Shown in pieces: positions 1 through 7,862 of a DNA stretch of 44,665 nt (position 1 is its first letter; every line of letters starts with the position of its first letter). The DNA is from Candidatus Levyibacteriota bacterium (lineage in GTDB: Bacteria > Patescibacteriota > Microgenomatia > Levybacterales > UBA12049). The stretch lies in assembly GCA_016204465.1 (NCBI GenBank), contig JACQKQ010000034.1, forward strand, positions 1 to 44,665. Direction: 5' to 3'. The notes under the pieces were generated by a model that was not told the origin of the DNA, searched no databases, and saw nothing but the letters and a program-made list of their open reading frames with translations. The position numbers and the translations under genes are program-made.

Positions 1-932
1 CCGTTATAAGAGATATTCATGTTTTATTGATTAAAAAACTGGTTAGTGTAACAGGAAAGGCTAGAGCTACAATATATTTTTCCAAAGTTCAAAACCCGCT
101 TCTTCGCGAGTTTAACCTTGAAAGATATTTCGCCGATGATCCAGACAATAGAATTGGTGCCAGAAAATCATTTGATTTTGAGATATTTAAAAACTTGCAT
201 GATTTATTGACGCCGGAAGAAATAAACACCTTAGAGAAAGTGGCACTAAGTTTTAGAGAACAGACGATGAAACTAAGTCCTGACCTTTTGAAAAGGGAAT
301 TAGAAAGGTTTGTCATTGAATTGTCTTGGAAATCATCCAAAATTGAGGGCAATACTTACACGCTTTTAGAAACAGAGTCTTTAATTAAGGAACAAAAAGA
401 AGCAGCTGGTAAGAGTAAAGATGAGGCAATGATGATTCTTAATCACAAAGCAGCTTTTGAAGAAATACTAAAAGCAAAAAATGATTTTAAAACTATTTCT
501 GTTTCAGGAATTAATCAGCTGCACAATATTTTAACTAAAGGGTTGGGGATTTCCTCTGGTATCAGAAAACAAGCAGTGGGAATTACCGGAACAACTTATC
601 ATCCTCTTGATAATGAACATCAGACAAAAGAGGTTTTTGAAAAAATGATTAATGCTGTAAATAGGAGTAAAAGCCCTTTTGAAAAAGCGCTGATTGTTCA
701 TTTTATGATTCCTTATATTCAACCATATACTGATGGTAACAAAAGAACTGCCAGAATGCTGACTAATGCGATTTTATTAGCCTACGATTTATATCCACTT
801 TCATACCGCAGCGTTGACGAAGATGAATTTAAAAAAGCTTTAATTTTGTTTTACGAGCAGGAAAGTATTTATGAAATCAAAAAGTTGTTTATAGAACAGA
901 TTAAATTTGCCAACGAGACTTATTTTAGATAA
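1..932 (+). CDS. Fic family protein with N-terminal winged-HTH remnant (5' end lies outside the window)
   Basis: Fic-like motif QPYTDGNKRTARM and SWKSSKIEGNT. The frame stays open back to base 3 (VIRDIHVLLIKKLVSVTGKARATIY, wHTH-like), so the TTG at 27 is probably not the true start. Confidence 0.85.
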   Translation, partial: VIRDIHVLLIKKLVSVTGKARATIYFSKVQNPLLREFNLERYFADDPDNRIGARKSFDFEIFKNLHDLLTPEEINTLEKVALSFREQTMKLSPDLLKRELERFVIELSWKSSKIEGNTYTLLETESLIKEQKEAAGKSKDEAMMILNHKAAFEEILKAKNDFKTISVSGINQLHNILTKGLGISSGIRKQAVGITGTTYHPLDNEHQTKEVFEKMINAVNRSKSPFEKALIVHFMIPYIQPYTDGNKRTARMLTNAILLAYDLYPLSYRSVDEDEFKKALILFYEQESIYEIKKLFIEQIKFANETYFR

Positions 933-941
933 TTTATCTGT

Positions 942-990
942 GGTTATATTAGAGTTACGATTATCGAGCTGAATTTGTCTTAATCTGACC
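942..990. repeat. att-like site A (49 bp, imperfect terminal inverted repeats)
   Basis: ggttatattagagttacgattatcgagctgaatttgtcttaatctgacc matches 3761-3809 at 35/49 positions without gaps. Its ends (ggttatattag and the reverse complement ggtcagattaa) are inverted. Confidence 0.7.
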
Positions 991-1015
991 AGTGAATTAA
1001 CAAATATTATCGATT

Positions 1016-1885
1016 ATGACTAAACCGGAAGTAATAGCTAAGCTTCAAGAATTGGCAAAAAAATTAGGAACAGATACCTTAAAGCAGGAAGATATTAGAA
1101 AAGCTGGATTTATTTACCAAGTAATGTTGCATTTTGGTGGGAAAATTAAACCAGCGCTCTTAGCAGCAGGACTTAAACCGAGTCGTCTTGGAGAGGCAAT
1201 GTCCACAACTGAGGAGGAATTACTTCAACATATCCGATACCTTCAAAAAAAACTTAGAAGACCTCCAGTAATAATAGATTTAAGACGAGAAGGTAAGTTC
1301 TCAGATAAAATTTATGAAACTAGATTTGGGAGTTTCCCTGAGGCACGAGCTATTGCTTTAGGAGGGACTCCACCTACTCAATCAAAAAGAACTCAAAAAC
1401 CAGGAGATTCAGATAATATAGGTGATCATTTCAATTATATTGGGAAGGCAGGAGAAATGTATATAATTTCAGAGTTACTTTACCAAGATTATAATGCAAA
1501 TCTAGCCTTGGTTGATACCGGAGTAGATGTAATAGCAACAAAAAATGATAAAACATTCTATTTCCAAGTCAAAAATGTTTCATTCAAGAATACAAATATC
1601 AGAACAGTCCCTATTACCAAAAGCTCATTTATTAATAACCAAAGAGGTAATATGTACTATATGTTCGTCCTTCAGATGGAAAATGAAAAGAAAGTTCTAA
1701 TTGTACCGTATCAAAACATTCATCAATATATTCAAAAGGAAATTATCCAGTTCGATGAACAAAAAAGACAATTTAACATAACTATTTCTATTGCAGATAA
1801 CACATTTAAAATTCACTCTGCTTCAAATACCCAGCGAGACGAAGATGTGAAGCACATGGTTGAAGACTGGAAAGTTATTGCTTAA
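1016..1885 (+). CDS. Homing-endonuclease-associated repeat domain fused to a PD-(D/E)XK nuclease
   Basis: Two N-terminal repeats (e.g. EELLQHIRYLQKKLRRPP...YETRFGSFPEARAIA). C-terminal GKAGE...DTGVDVIA...YFQVK nuclease motif. Confidence 0.65.
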   Translation: MTKPEVIAKLQELAKKLGTDTLKQEDIRKAGFIYQVMLHFGGKIKPALLAAGLKPSRLGEAMSTTEEELLQHIRYLQKKLRRPPVIIDLRREGKFSDKIYETRFGSFPEARAIALGGTPPTQSKRTQKPGDSDNIGDHFNYIGKAGEMYIISELLYQDYNANLALVDTGVDVIATKNDKTFYFQVKNVSFKNTNIRTVPITKSSFINNQRGNMYYMFVLQMENEKKVLIVPYQNIHQYIQKEIIQFDEQKRQFNITISIADNTFKIHSASNTQRDEDVKHMVEDWKVIA

Positions 1886-1888
1886 CTT

Positions 1889-1902
1889 TCTTAATCTGAC
1901 CA
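1889..1902. repeat. Half-site B, a 14-bp direct repeat of the right arm of site A
   Basis: tcttaatctgacca is identical at 978-991 and 1889-1902, bracketing the nuclease gene. Confidence 0.65.
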
Positions 1903-1934
1903 AGTTATTCTCCGCCCAGAAGGAGGTGAACAGA

Positions 1935-2846
1935 ATGAAAAATATAAAGATTCAAAGACATCTGTTAGTTCTCATCATATTGATCGGATTAATGTTTTGT
2001 TCTTCAAAAGGTGTTAAGGCAGCAGAATGTAGCACTTTGACGACTTGCGGAAGTACTTGCTCGTATGGAGGAGTTACTTATAATACTGTCATAATCGACA
2101 GCCAATGTTGGTTTAGAGAGAATCTCAATGTTGGGGCAATGATTACAAATTTAGAAATTCCTGATAATACAGCTCCAACTCTCAATGATCCAAACACTGT
2201 TTCAAAATGGTGCTATAATGATAATCCGATTTACTGTAATCAAGAAGGAGGATTATATACTTGGGCTGAAACCAACGCTTTGTCTAATTCTTGTAACTTA
2301 AATTCCTGCAGTGTCCCAACTCCCAATCAGGGTATTTGTCCCATCGGTTGGCACATTCCAACTGATGCCGAATTTTATACGCTGGAAAATTATTTAACAT
2401 CACCAGGGTAGACGTGTGATGCGACAAGAGATGGTTGGGGTTGCTCTGGTGCCGGAATCAAACTCAGACTGGGTGGAATCTCCGGTTTCGATGCGATAAG
2501 CGCCGGTAATCATGAAACGAATGGAAATCTCAGCTTTTTCGACAAGCGTGAGCCATCCATACACTTTTGGTCATCTTCCCCTTGCCTTGTTTGCGCTAAT
2601 TGGGGTCACGCGTATGGTCGCAGCTTGATAGGTTGGGGTGATAACCCCTTTGTTGCCCGTGGTTGGAGTCATATGGCGCATGGTATGTCTGTTCGGTGTT
2701 TATCTGACACTGCCGTCATTGGTCCTCCGACAAATAAGAACCAGTGTAAAAATAATGGCTGGCAGATATTTAATAATCCAACTTTTAAGAATCAGGGAGA
2801 TTGTGTCAGTTACGTCCAAAGTAGTCCGAATGCGATAGGCAACTAG
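1935..2846 (+). pseudogene. Secreted FISUMP (Fibrobacter succinogenes major paralogous) domain protein interrupted by one in-frame TAG at 2409-2411
   Basis: RBS aggaggtg at 1921, ATG at 1935, then a signal peptide. Motifs QCWFRENLNVG, GGLYTWAE and GICPIGWHIPTDAEF precede the TAG. The same frame continues TCDATRDGWGCSGAGIKL...FWSSS...GMSVRCL to the stop at 2846. Confidence 0.8.
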
Positions 2847-2927
2847 ACTAAATAGTAAGTTGGTTTATAGGCAACAACCCATCTTTTACGGCGGGCTGTT
2901 TGTTTAATTTTGTTTAATGATGAAGAT

Positions 2928-3065
2928 TTAAATCGTAGCGGCATGAGTGAGTATCCTGATCTGATTTAATCTTTCTCTCGCTTGCTCAGACGACACTGGA
3001 TTCTGAAAAGCCTTTATAATTGAATTCAAACCATCAGATCGATTAAAACTAGGATTACGGAGCAC
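2928..3065 (-). other. 45-codon minus-strand tail reading out of att-like site C
   Basis: Translates VLRNPSFNRSDGLNSIIKAFQNPVSSEQARERLNQIRILTHAATI*, which aligns without gaps to the tail at 3656-3790. Confidence 0.55.
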
Positions 3066-3115
3066 TTCGACTAGTCACGACAGTGAGTGAAATCGGATTG
3101 CTCAGTGTTATAACC
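3036..3115. repeat. att-like site C, interrupted by a ~40 bp REP-like hairpin insert
   Basis: tcgattaaaactaggattacggag (3039-3062) matches 4483-4506 at 23/24. Both copies then reach agtgttataa (3104-3113 and 4510-4519). Confidence 0.7.
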
Positions 3116-3159
3116 AGCTGGCACTTAATATACCTAAAATTTGATATAGTTAACTAAGT

Positions 3160-3648
3160 ATGAATACTGATTTAACACCCGAAGAAAAAAAGTTGGTTGA
3201 GTATTCAAAGGATGCTGTTGTTAAATACAATAAAATCCGTCATGCAAATGGAGGTATAGACACTCTGTATTCGTTTTTATTGTCAGATAGCGGGAAGATT
3301 CATGATGGAGCAAGTTATGAGCCGAATATTGCTCATGCTTCAGTTTGTGGGGAAAGATGCGCAATTGCGAATATGGTATTGCAGGAATCATATAAAGCCA
3401 AGATTAAAAGCATTGTTGTGGCGGATCCAGTTCCCGAAGTTCAAGAAAATAGAACTCCACCATGCGGAACTTGTCGTCATCTTATTTGGACTCATGGGAC
3501 ACCTGAAACAACTGTTATCTTAATGCAATATGTTCAAGGAAAAGATGGTTGGACTTTCTCAAAAATAGAGAAATATACGGCTAAAGATTTTTATCCGCTT
3601 CCGTACGAACCTAAAGAAGGACTTTGGGATAATTTCCAACGTAAGTAG
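3160..3648 (+). CDS. Cytidine deaminase family protein
   Basis: Zn-binding motifs VCGERCAI and PPCGTCR. Confidence 0.8.
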   Translation: MNTDLTPEEKKLVEYSKDAVVKYNKIRHANGGIDTLYSFLLSDSGKIHDGASYEPNIAHASVCGERCAIANMVLQESYKAKIKSIVVADPVPEVQENRTPPCGTCRHLIWTHGTPETTVILMQYVQGKDGWTFSKIEKYTAKDFYPLPYEPKEGLWDNFQRK

Positions 3649-3655
3649 TAGATTT

Positions 3656-3790
3656 TTAGATAGCAAGAGCTAGGGATGGTTTTACTCTTTCGATACCTTC
3701 TCTTATTTGAGCAACCAGCCTGCAATCTTCGAATGTCTTGATTAAACAAGCTAATTGACTGGTTATATTAACATTACGATCCTCGAGCCA
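3656..3790 (-). other. 44-codon startless minus-strand tail reading out of att-like site D
   Basis: Translates WLEDRNVNITSQLACLIKTFEDCRLVAQIREGIERVKPSLALAI*. There is an in-frame TAA just upstream and no start codon. Confidence 0.55.
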
Positions 3791-3809
3791 AATAGTTCTT
3801 ACTCGAACT
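3761..3809. repeat. att-like site D (49 bp)
   Basis: ggttatattaacattacgatcctcgagccaaatagttcttactcgaact matches site A at 35/49. The reverse complement of its right arm (agttcgagtaa) matches the left arm of site E (agttcgattaa) at 10/11. Confidence 0.7.
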
Positions 3810-3837
3810 TAACGTCATTTTAGATGCATTTTATGTA

Positions 3838-3866
3838 TTGACAAAGTATGTACAAGTTTATATAAT
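3838..3866 (+). promoter_or_regulatory. Consensus sigma70 promoter for the toxin-antitoxin operon (leaderless)
   Basis: TTGACA (3838-3843), 17 nt spacer, TATAAT (3861-3866). The GTG start follows 6 nt later. Confidence 0.8.
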
Positions 3867-3872
3867 ATATTT

Positions 3873-4172
3873 GTGCAATATAAAGGTTACAGAATTGAGT
3901 TTTCTGAAGAGAAGAATTTATTACTAAAGGAAACAAGAGAACTATGTTTTGAAGATGCTTTAAAAGCAATTGAAGAAAAGAAAATTTTGGATGACCTTAA
4001 GTCTAGTAGCAAAAAGTATCCTCATCAAAGAATATTAGTAATAAAAAGAGAAGAATATACTTATGCTGTGCCCTATGTGATAGACAAAAAAAGGAAAGTA
4101 ATTTTTCTTAAAACAGTCTACCCAAGTAGGGTTTTGACTGATAAATATCTGAAAGGAGGTGGGAAAATTTGA
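3873..4172 (+). CDS. BrnT-like type II toxin
   Basis: IEFSEEKNLLLKETRELCFED ... YPHQRILV ... YAVPYV ... FLKTVYPSR. Overlaps the downstream antitoxin by 4 nt. Confidence 0.75.
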   Translation: MQYKGYRIEFSEEKNLLLKETRELCFEDALKAIEEKKILDDLKSSSKKYPHQRILVIKREEYTYAVPYVIDKKRKVIFLKTVYPSRVLTDKYLKGGGKI

Positions 4173-4453
4173 AAGTAATACTTGATAAATATGAGAAAGA
4201 TTTAGAAGCTGCCCTAGAAAAGGGTGAATTTGTTAATGCGCCTAATTTAGAAGATACTAAACAAATGTTTCAGGAAGCAGCTAGAAACTTTAGGCAGTTA
4301 CAAGAAACAAAGAGTATTACCTTAAGGGTTAATAGAGAGGATCTTATTAAAGTTAAATCTAAAGCCAAGAGAAATGGTATAGCTTACCAAACCTTGATAA
4401 GCTTGTTAATTCGTCAATATATAAAAGGGGAGAAAGAAGTAATTTTAGATTGA
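4169..4453 (+). CDS. BrnA/CopG-like (ribbon-helix-helix) antitoxin
   Basis: C-terminal KSITLRVNREDLIKVKSKAKRNGIAYQTLISLLIRQY. RBS ggaggt upstream. Confidence 0.75.
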   Translation: MKVILDKYEKDLEAALEKGEFVNAPNLEDTKQMFQEAARNFRQLQETKSITLRVNREDLIKVKSKAKRNGIAYQTLISLLIRQYIKGEKEVILD

Positions 4454-4479
4454 GAAGATAAGTTCAAATTGATACTTTA

Positions 4480-4519
4480 AGTTCGATTAAAACTAGGAAT
4501 ACGGAGTCAAGTGTTATAA
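4480..4519. repeat. att-like site E (right boundary of the cargo array)
   Basis: agttcgattaaaactaggaatacggagtcaagtgttataa is near-identical to site C. Confidence 0.7.
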
Positions 4520-4524
4520 TGAGT

Positions 4525-4686
4525 AAGCGGCTATCCGAGGGTTTTTAACCCTCGGCTGCAAAGCTCTTGCAACAGGTCTGTAAAGAGTAGTAGACTTCAA
4601 TCGTGAAAGGATTGAAGTCTACGGCACAAACAAAGTACGATTTGAGATATCACTTTGTCTTTGTACCAAGGTATCGCAAGCGAGTA
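4525..4686 (+). mobile_element. tnpA: Truncated IS200/IS605 element: left-end hairpin plus the first ~28 codons of the Y1 transposase TnpA
   Basis: Perfect hairpin ccgagggtt-ttt-aaccctcgg at 4535-4555. KSTAQTKYDLRYHFVFVPRYRKRV is the typical TnpA N-terminus, and similarity is lost after it. Confidence 0.75.
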
Positions 4687-5006
4687 CCGAGGAGAAAAAT
4701 TTTAACAATTGTTGTGAACCTTGTTAATTTGAAAAATGCAAGGCTATCAGAGAGTAAATACAGTATTGCAATAGTCGAAGAAAAGATAAAGTAGTACGGC
4801 TCGTGCAAGTAGCCCCAGCCGAAGATATTGCTGATGAAAAAAATATAAATAAACGCAATGGCAATTGGCGTATCGAGCATCTAATCCATTATATCATCTG
4901 CTATTTACCGGCTTTGTTCCAGAGCAACCACTTCTTTTACCATAGGCAACATAGTAGCACAGTATGTTTTTTCTGCCAAGAGAGAAACCTCTGCTATACT
5001 AGTGGT

Positions 5007-5792
5007 ATGGAGGAATATCTTGATTTTGCCGTTTCCCTTGCGCTAAAGGCTGGGGAAATGATAAGAACTGATTTTCGAAAAGCCATTGTCCGCGAGTGGA
5101 AAGCCGACGAAACGCCGATTACAACGACTGATCGTAAGATAAACCAAATGGTAATTGAGCAGGTGGCAAAGCGTTATCCGACATACGCCATTTTGGCAGA
5201 GGAGGGCAGCAGGCCAAAGGAGAGCGAGTATGCCTGGGTGTGCGACCCAATTGATGGTACGGTGCCATTTTCCAACAAGTACCCAACGTCTGTATTTGCC
5301 CTTGCGCTTACCAAGAATGGAGAAAGCATGCTCGGTGTTATCTACGATCCATATATGGATCGGTTGCTCACAGCAGTAAAAGGCCAAGGCGCGTACTGCA
5401 ATAAAGAGCGCATTCATGTTTCAGAGTCAGATGAATTCAACAAAACGACAATTGATGTTGAAGCAGCTAGGGAGCCATTTTTACACGATATAAGTAAGCT
5501 ATATGAGCTGTTGCTGAAGAAAAATAGCGTTGCTATATCACTTCGTTCCGTTTCGTATGGGGGAATGCTTGTTGGCATAGGACAAATAGCTGCAGTTGTT
5601 GGAGCGCCACATTCGCCATGGGATGGCGCAGCGTCAAAGGTTATTGTTGAAGAAGCTTTAGGAAAAGTAACAGATTTATTCGGAAACAATCAGCGATATG
5701 ATCGAGAACTAAAAGGTATTATTATAAGTAATAGCTGTATACACGATGCTATAATCAAACTTGTTAGACCCCTTCTTGAAAAAAAGGTGTGA
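5007..5792 (+). CDS. Inositol monophosphatase family protein
   Basis: ILAEE, WVCDPIDGT and PWDGAA motifs. Start reassigned to the ATG at 5007, just after an extended -10 TGcTATACT. Confidence 0.9.
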   Translation: MEEYLDFAVSLALKAGEMIRTDFRKAIVREWKADETPITTTDRKINQMVIEQVAKRYPTYAILAEEGSRPKESEYAWVCDPIDGTVPFSNKYPTSVFALALTKNGESMLGVIYDPYMDRLLTAVKGQGAYCNKERIHVSESDEFNKTTIDVEAAREPFLHDISKLYELLLKKNSVAISLRSVSYGGMLVGIGQIAAVVGAPHSPWDGAASKVIVEEALGKVTDLFGNNQRYDRELKGIIISNSCIHDAIIKLVRPLLEKKV

Positions 5793-5805
5793 TATAATAC
5801 AAGCC

Positions 5806-6072
5806 ATGGCGACTAAAAAGAAAAAAACCATTGAACAGACGTTTTATGTTTCGGGCGAAAAGCTCATCGATAAAGTGAAAGAACTTGTCAGAGAGGGAAA
5901 CGTTCGCCGAATTATTATTAAAGACAAAAATGGTAAGGTGCTTGTTGAATTCCCTCTTACTTTTGGTGTTGTCGGTGCAGTGTTAGCTCCAGTTTTAGCC
6001 GCCGTTGGCGCGATTGCCGCGCTTGTTACCGAGTGCTCCATTACCGTGCAGCGCGAAGAGGAAAATATATAG
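5806..6072 (+). CDS. DUF4342 family protein
   Basis: LIDKVKELVREGNVRRIIIK...EFPLTFGVVGA signature. ATG at 5806. Confidence 0.8.
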   Translation: MATKKKKTIEQTFYVSGEKLIDKVKELVREGNVRRIIIKDKNGKVLVEFPLTFGVVGAVLAPVLAAVGAIAALVTECSITVQREEENI

Positions 6073-6105
6073 TATTTTCTTTGCACTCGACACTTAAGAT
6101 ATGCT

Positions 6106-6768
6106 ATGGTGAGAGTACGAGATATGAACAAAGTGCGCATCATGTGCCTTCTCGTAATAGTTGCCATATTTTTTGGCGCATTTCCTTCTTTAACAAACGC
6201 GCAGGTACAAAATCTTCCAAAAGTATCTGTATTGCCGGATAGCCCATTCTATTTCTTAGTAAGCATTGGTGAGCAATTAAGCGTATTTTTAACACCAGGA
6301 GGGTCTGGGAAAGCAAAGCAGGAAATGCTGCTTGCAGACACAAGACTTGCGGAAAGCTATGCGTTGCTTATGAAGCGTAAACCAAGCGACGTGCTTACCG
6401 TTTTGGAAAAGTATGAAGAGTACGTTTTACACATCACAGAAAGACTAAGACGGGAAACGGGACGAGGTTTGGAAACAGACCAAATGGTTTCTATCATATC
6501 TGAGAGATTTTATCCGCAGCAAATGACATTGGCAGATTTGTACGTGATTTCGCCAGAACAGATACAGCCTGCAGTATTTTTGGCAATGCAAACAAGCAAA
6601 GACGCATACAAAAAGGCAATAACGTACTTATCGCCCGACCAGCAAGGAAATCTAATGAGAAATACAGCAGCGGTAAAAGAACAGACACTACAGTATATTT
6701 CCAACTTAAGAATCCAAGGTAATGACTTACCATACTTTCCGCTTGAGATAGAGCAAGATGCTTTTTAG
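6106..6768 (+). CDS. Secreted DUF5667-like helical protein (start may be 6124)
   Basis: Signal peptide, then LPDSPFYFL...E...KAK...LADTRLAE pattern. Confidence 0.65.
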   Translation: MVRVRDMNKVRIMCLLVIVAIFFGAFPSLTNAQVQNLPKVSVLPDSPFYFLVSIGEQLSVFLTPGGSGKAKQEMLLADTRLAESYALLMKRKPSDVLTVLEKYEEYVLHITERLRRETGRGLETDQMVSIISERFYPQQMTLADLYVISPEQIQPAVFLAMQTSKDAYKKAITYLSPDQQGNLMRNTAAVKEQTLQYISNLRIQGNDLPYFPLEIEQDAF

Positions 6769-6771
6769 GGT

Positions 6772-7542
6772 ATGAATAAAAAAATACTTTTTTCCTACAT
6801 TGTTTTTGGAGTCATCTTGGTTGGTTTAGGGGCGATTGTTTTTTGGAATGTACAGCAAGCGCCAAAGGCGTCGCAAACGAAAAATACAACAGTCGTTCGT
6901 TCTCCGGCAGAAGGTACACAAGCAAGTTTTGACCAACCTAAAAAAAGCGCCCACTACGAATCCAATACACCGCAGCACGGTGCAGTGCTTGCAGGAGTGC
7001 CGATTAATGTTGTTATAGATTTTAATTTCGATTTGTCAGAAGGGTCACGTATTTCAATCATAAACAGTGGAAAGGAGTATGGAACCACAGATACAAGTAT
7101 TGATGAAAATATGCTTACCATGCGAAGATCAGTTGATCTAAATTCTCCAGAAGGTCTATATACCGTAATATACAATGCCTGCTGGCCTGACGGAAGCTGT
7201 CACGACGGAAACTTCCAATTTGTCGTTGATAGAACAAAGGCTGATACCCTTACTGATATGCGCGGACAAAGGGAAATTTTCGTTTCGCTTGCTGATATAA
7301 CACTTAAGCCGCAAAACGTTCGTATTCTAAAGGGAACAAAAGTTACGTGGCGAAATGATGATACGGTTGTTCATTATGTCAATACGGATAGTCATCCGGC
7401 ACACACCTATTTTCTTACACAAAATTCTAAAGCCTTGCAGAAAGGTGATGCATATTCGGTACAATTTGATACACCCGGAATTTACACATACCACTGTAGC
7501 GCACACGCAAATAGCATGGTTGGAACAATTCTTGTTGAGTAA
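6772..7542 (+). CDS. Membrane-anchored CopC-like domain fused to a plastocyanin-like cupredoxin
   Basis: N-terminal TM helix. HYESNTPQHGAVL...YTVIY...DGSCHDG is CopC-like. GTKVTWRNDD..H...YTYHCSAHANSMVGTILVE supplies type-1 Cu ligands (H, C, H, M). Confidence 0.75.
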   Translation: MNKKILFSYIVFGVILVGLGAIVFWNVQQAPKASQTKNTTVVRSPAEGTQASFDQPKKSAHYESNTPQHGAVLAGVPINVVIDFNFDLSEGSRISIINSGKEYGTTDTSIDENMLTMRRSVDLNSPEGLYTVIYNACWPDGSCHDGNFQFVVDRTKADTLTDMRGQREIFVSLADITLKPQNVRILKGTKVTWRNDDTVVHYVNTDSHPAHTYFLTQNSKALQKGDAYSVQFDTPGIYTYHCSAHANSMVGTILVE

Positions 7543-7587
7543 AAATACTACTTGACAATGAGTTAAAAAACTGTTGTAGTATATAGT

Positions 7588-7833
7588 ATGATTAAGAAAT
7601 CAGACTCCCACTCAACAGCAAAAGCTATCATCATGCTCATGGTGGTGATGCTAGCCTTTCTTATATTGGTTATCTTTATGGATCGCAAGGAAGCATTAGC
7701 CCAATCAGGTGATCTGACAACATTTATTAACTTAACTATTGTTGGTATGGGTTTTCTGATTGTGCTTGTTTATTTTGTTAATCAATCCGGCCACCACCCG
7801 CACGATTCTTCAAAGAAAAAGAAGAAAAGGTAA
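7588..7833 (+). CDS. Small two-TM membrane protein
   Basis: Two hydrophobic segments and a basic tail. TTGACA promoter element upstream. Confidence 0.6.
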   Translation: MIKKSDSHSTAKAIIMLMVVMLAFLILVIFMDRKEALAQSGDLTTFINLTIVGMGFLIVLVYFVNQSGHHPHDSSKKKKKR

Positions 7834-7862
7834 CATTTTCTTTTTATCAGATAATTTTTCGT

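Noticed and set aside
2409-2411. Stop-codon reassignment or programmed TAG readthrough
   Set aside because: TAG ends many intact genes here (e.g. lepA, rpsT, the FemABX gene) and no other gene shows an internal TAG. A point mutation or sequencing error is simpler.
2560-2710. Complete diversity-generating retroelement
   Set aside because: No reverse transcriptase, Avd or template repeat is visible in the window.
3790-4500. pdif (XerC/D) module around the toxin-antitoxin pair
   Set aside because: The arms are inverted and slightly XerC-like, but no TTATGTTAAAT-like XerD arm follows a 6-bp spacer. The inversion is explained by the internal dyad of the 49-bp sites.
940-4520. CRISPR array or classical integron attC sites
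   Set aside because: The repeats are separated by whole genes rather than 30-40 bp spacers, no cas or intI gene is present, and the sites lack the RYYYAAC...GTTRRRY attC box arrangement.
4803-5006. 68-aa N-terminal extension of the IMPase
   Set aside because: It lies upstream of a clear -10 box and overlaps a decayed minus-strand gene. The family-typical start is the ATG at 5007.
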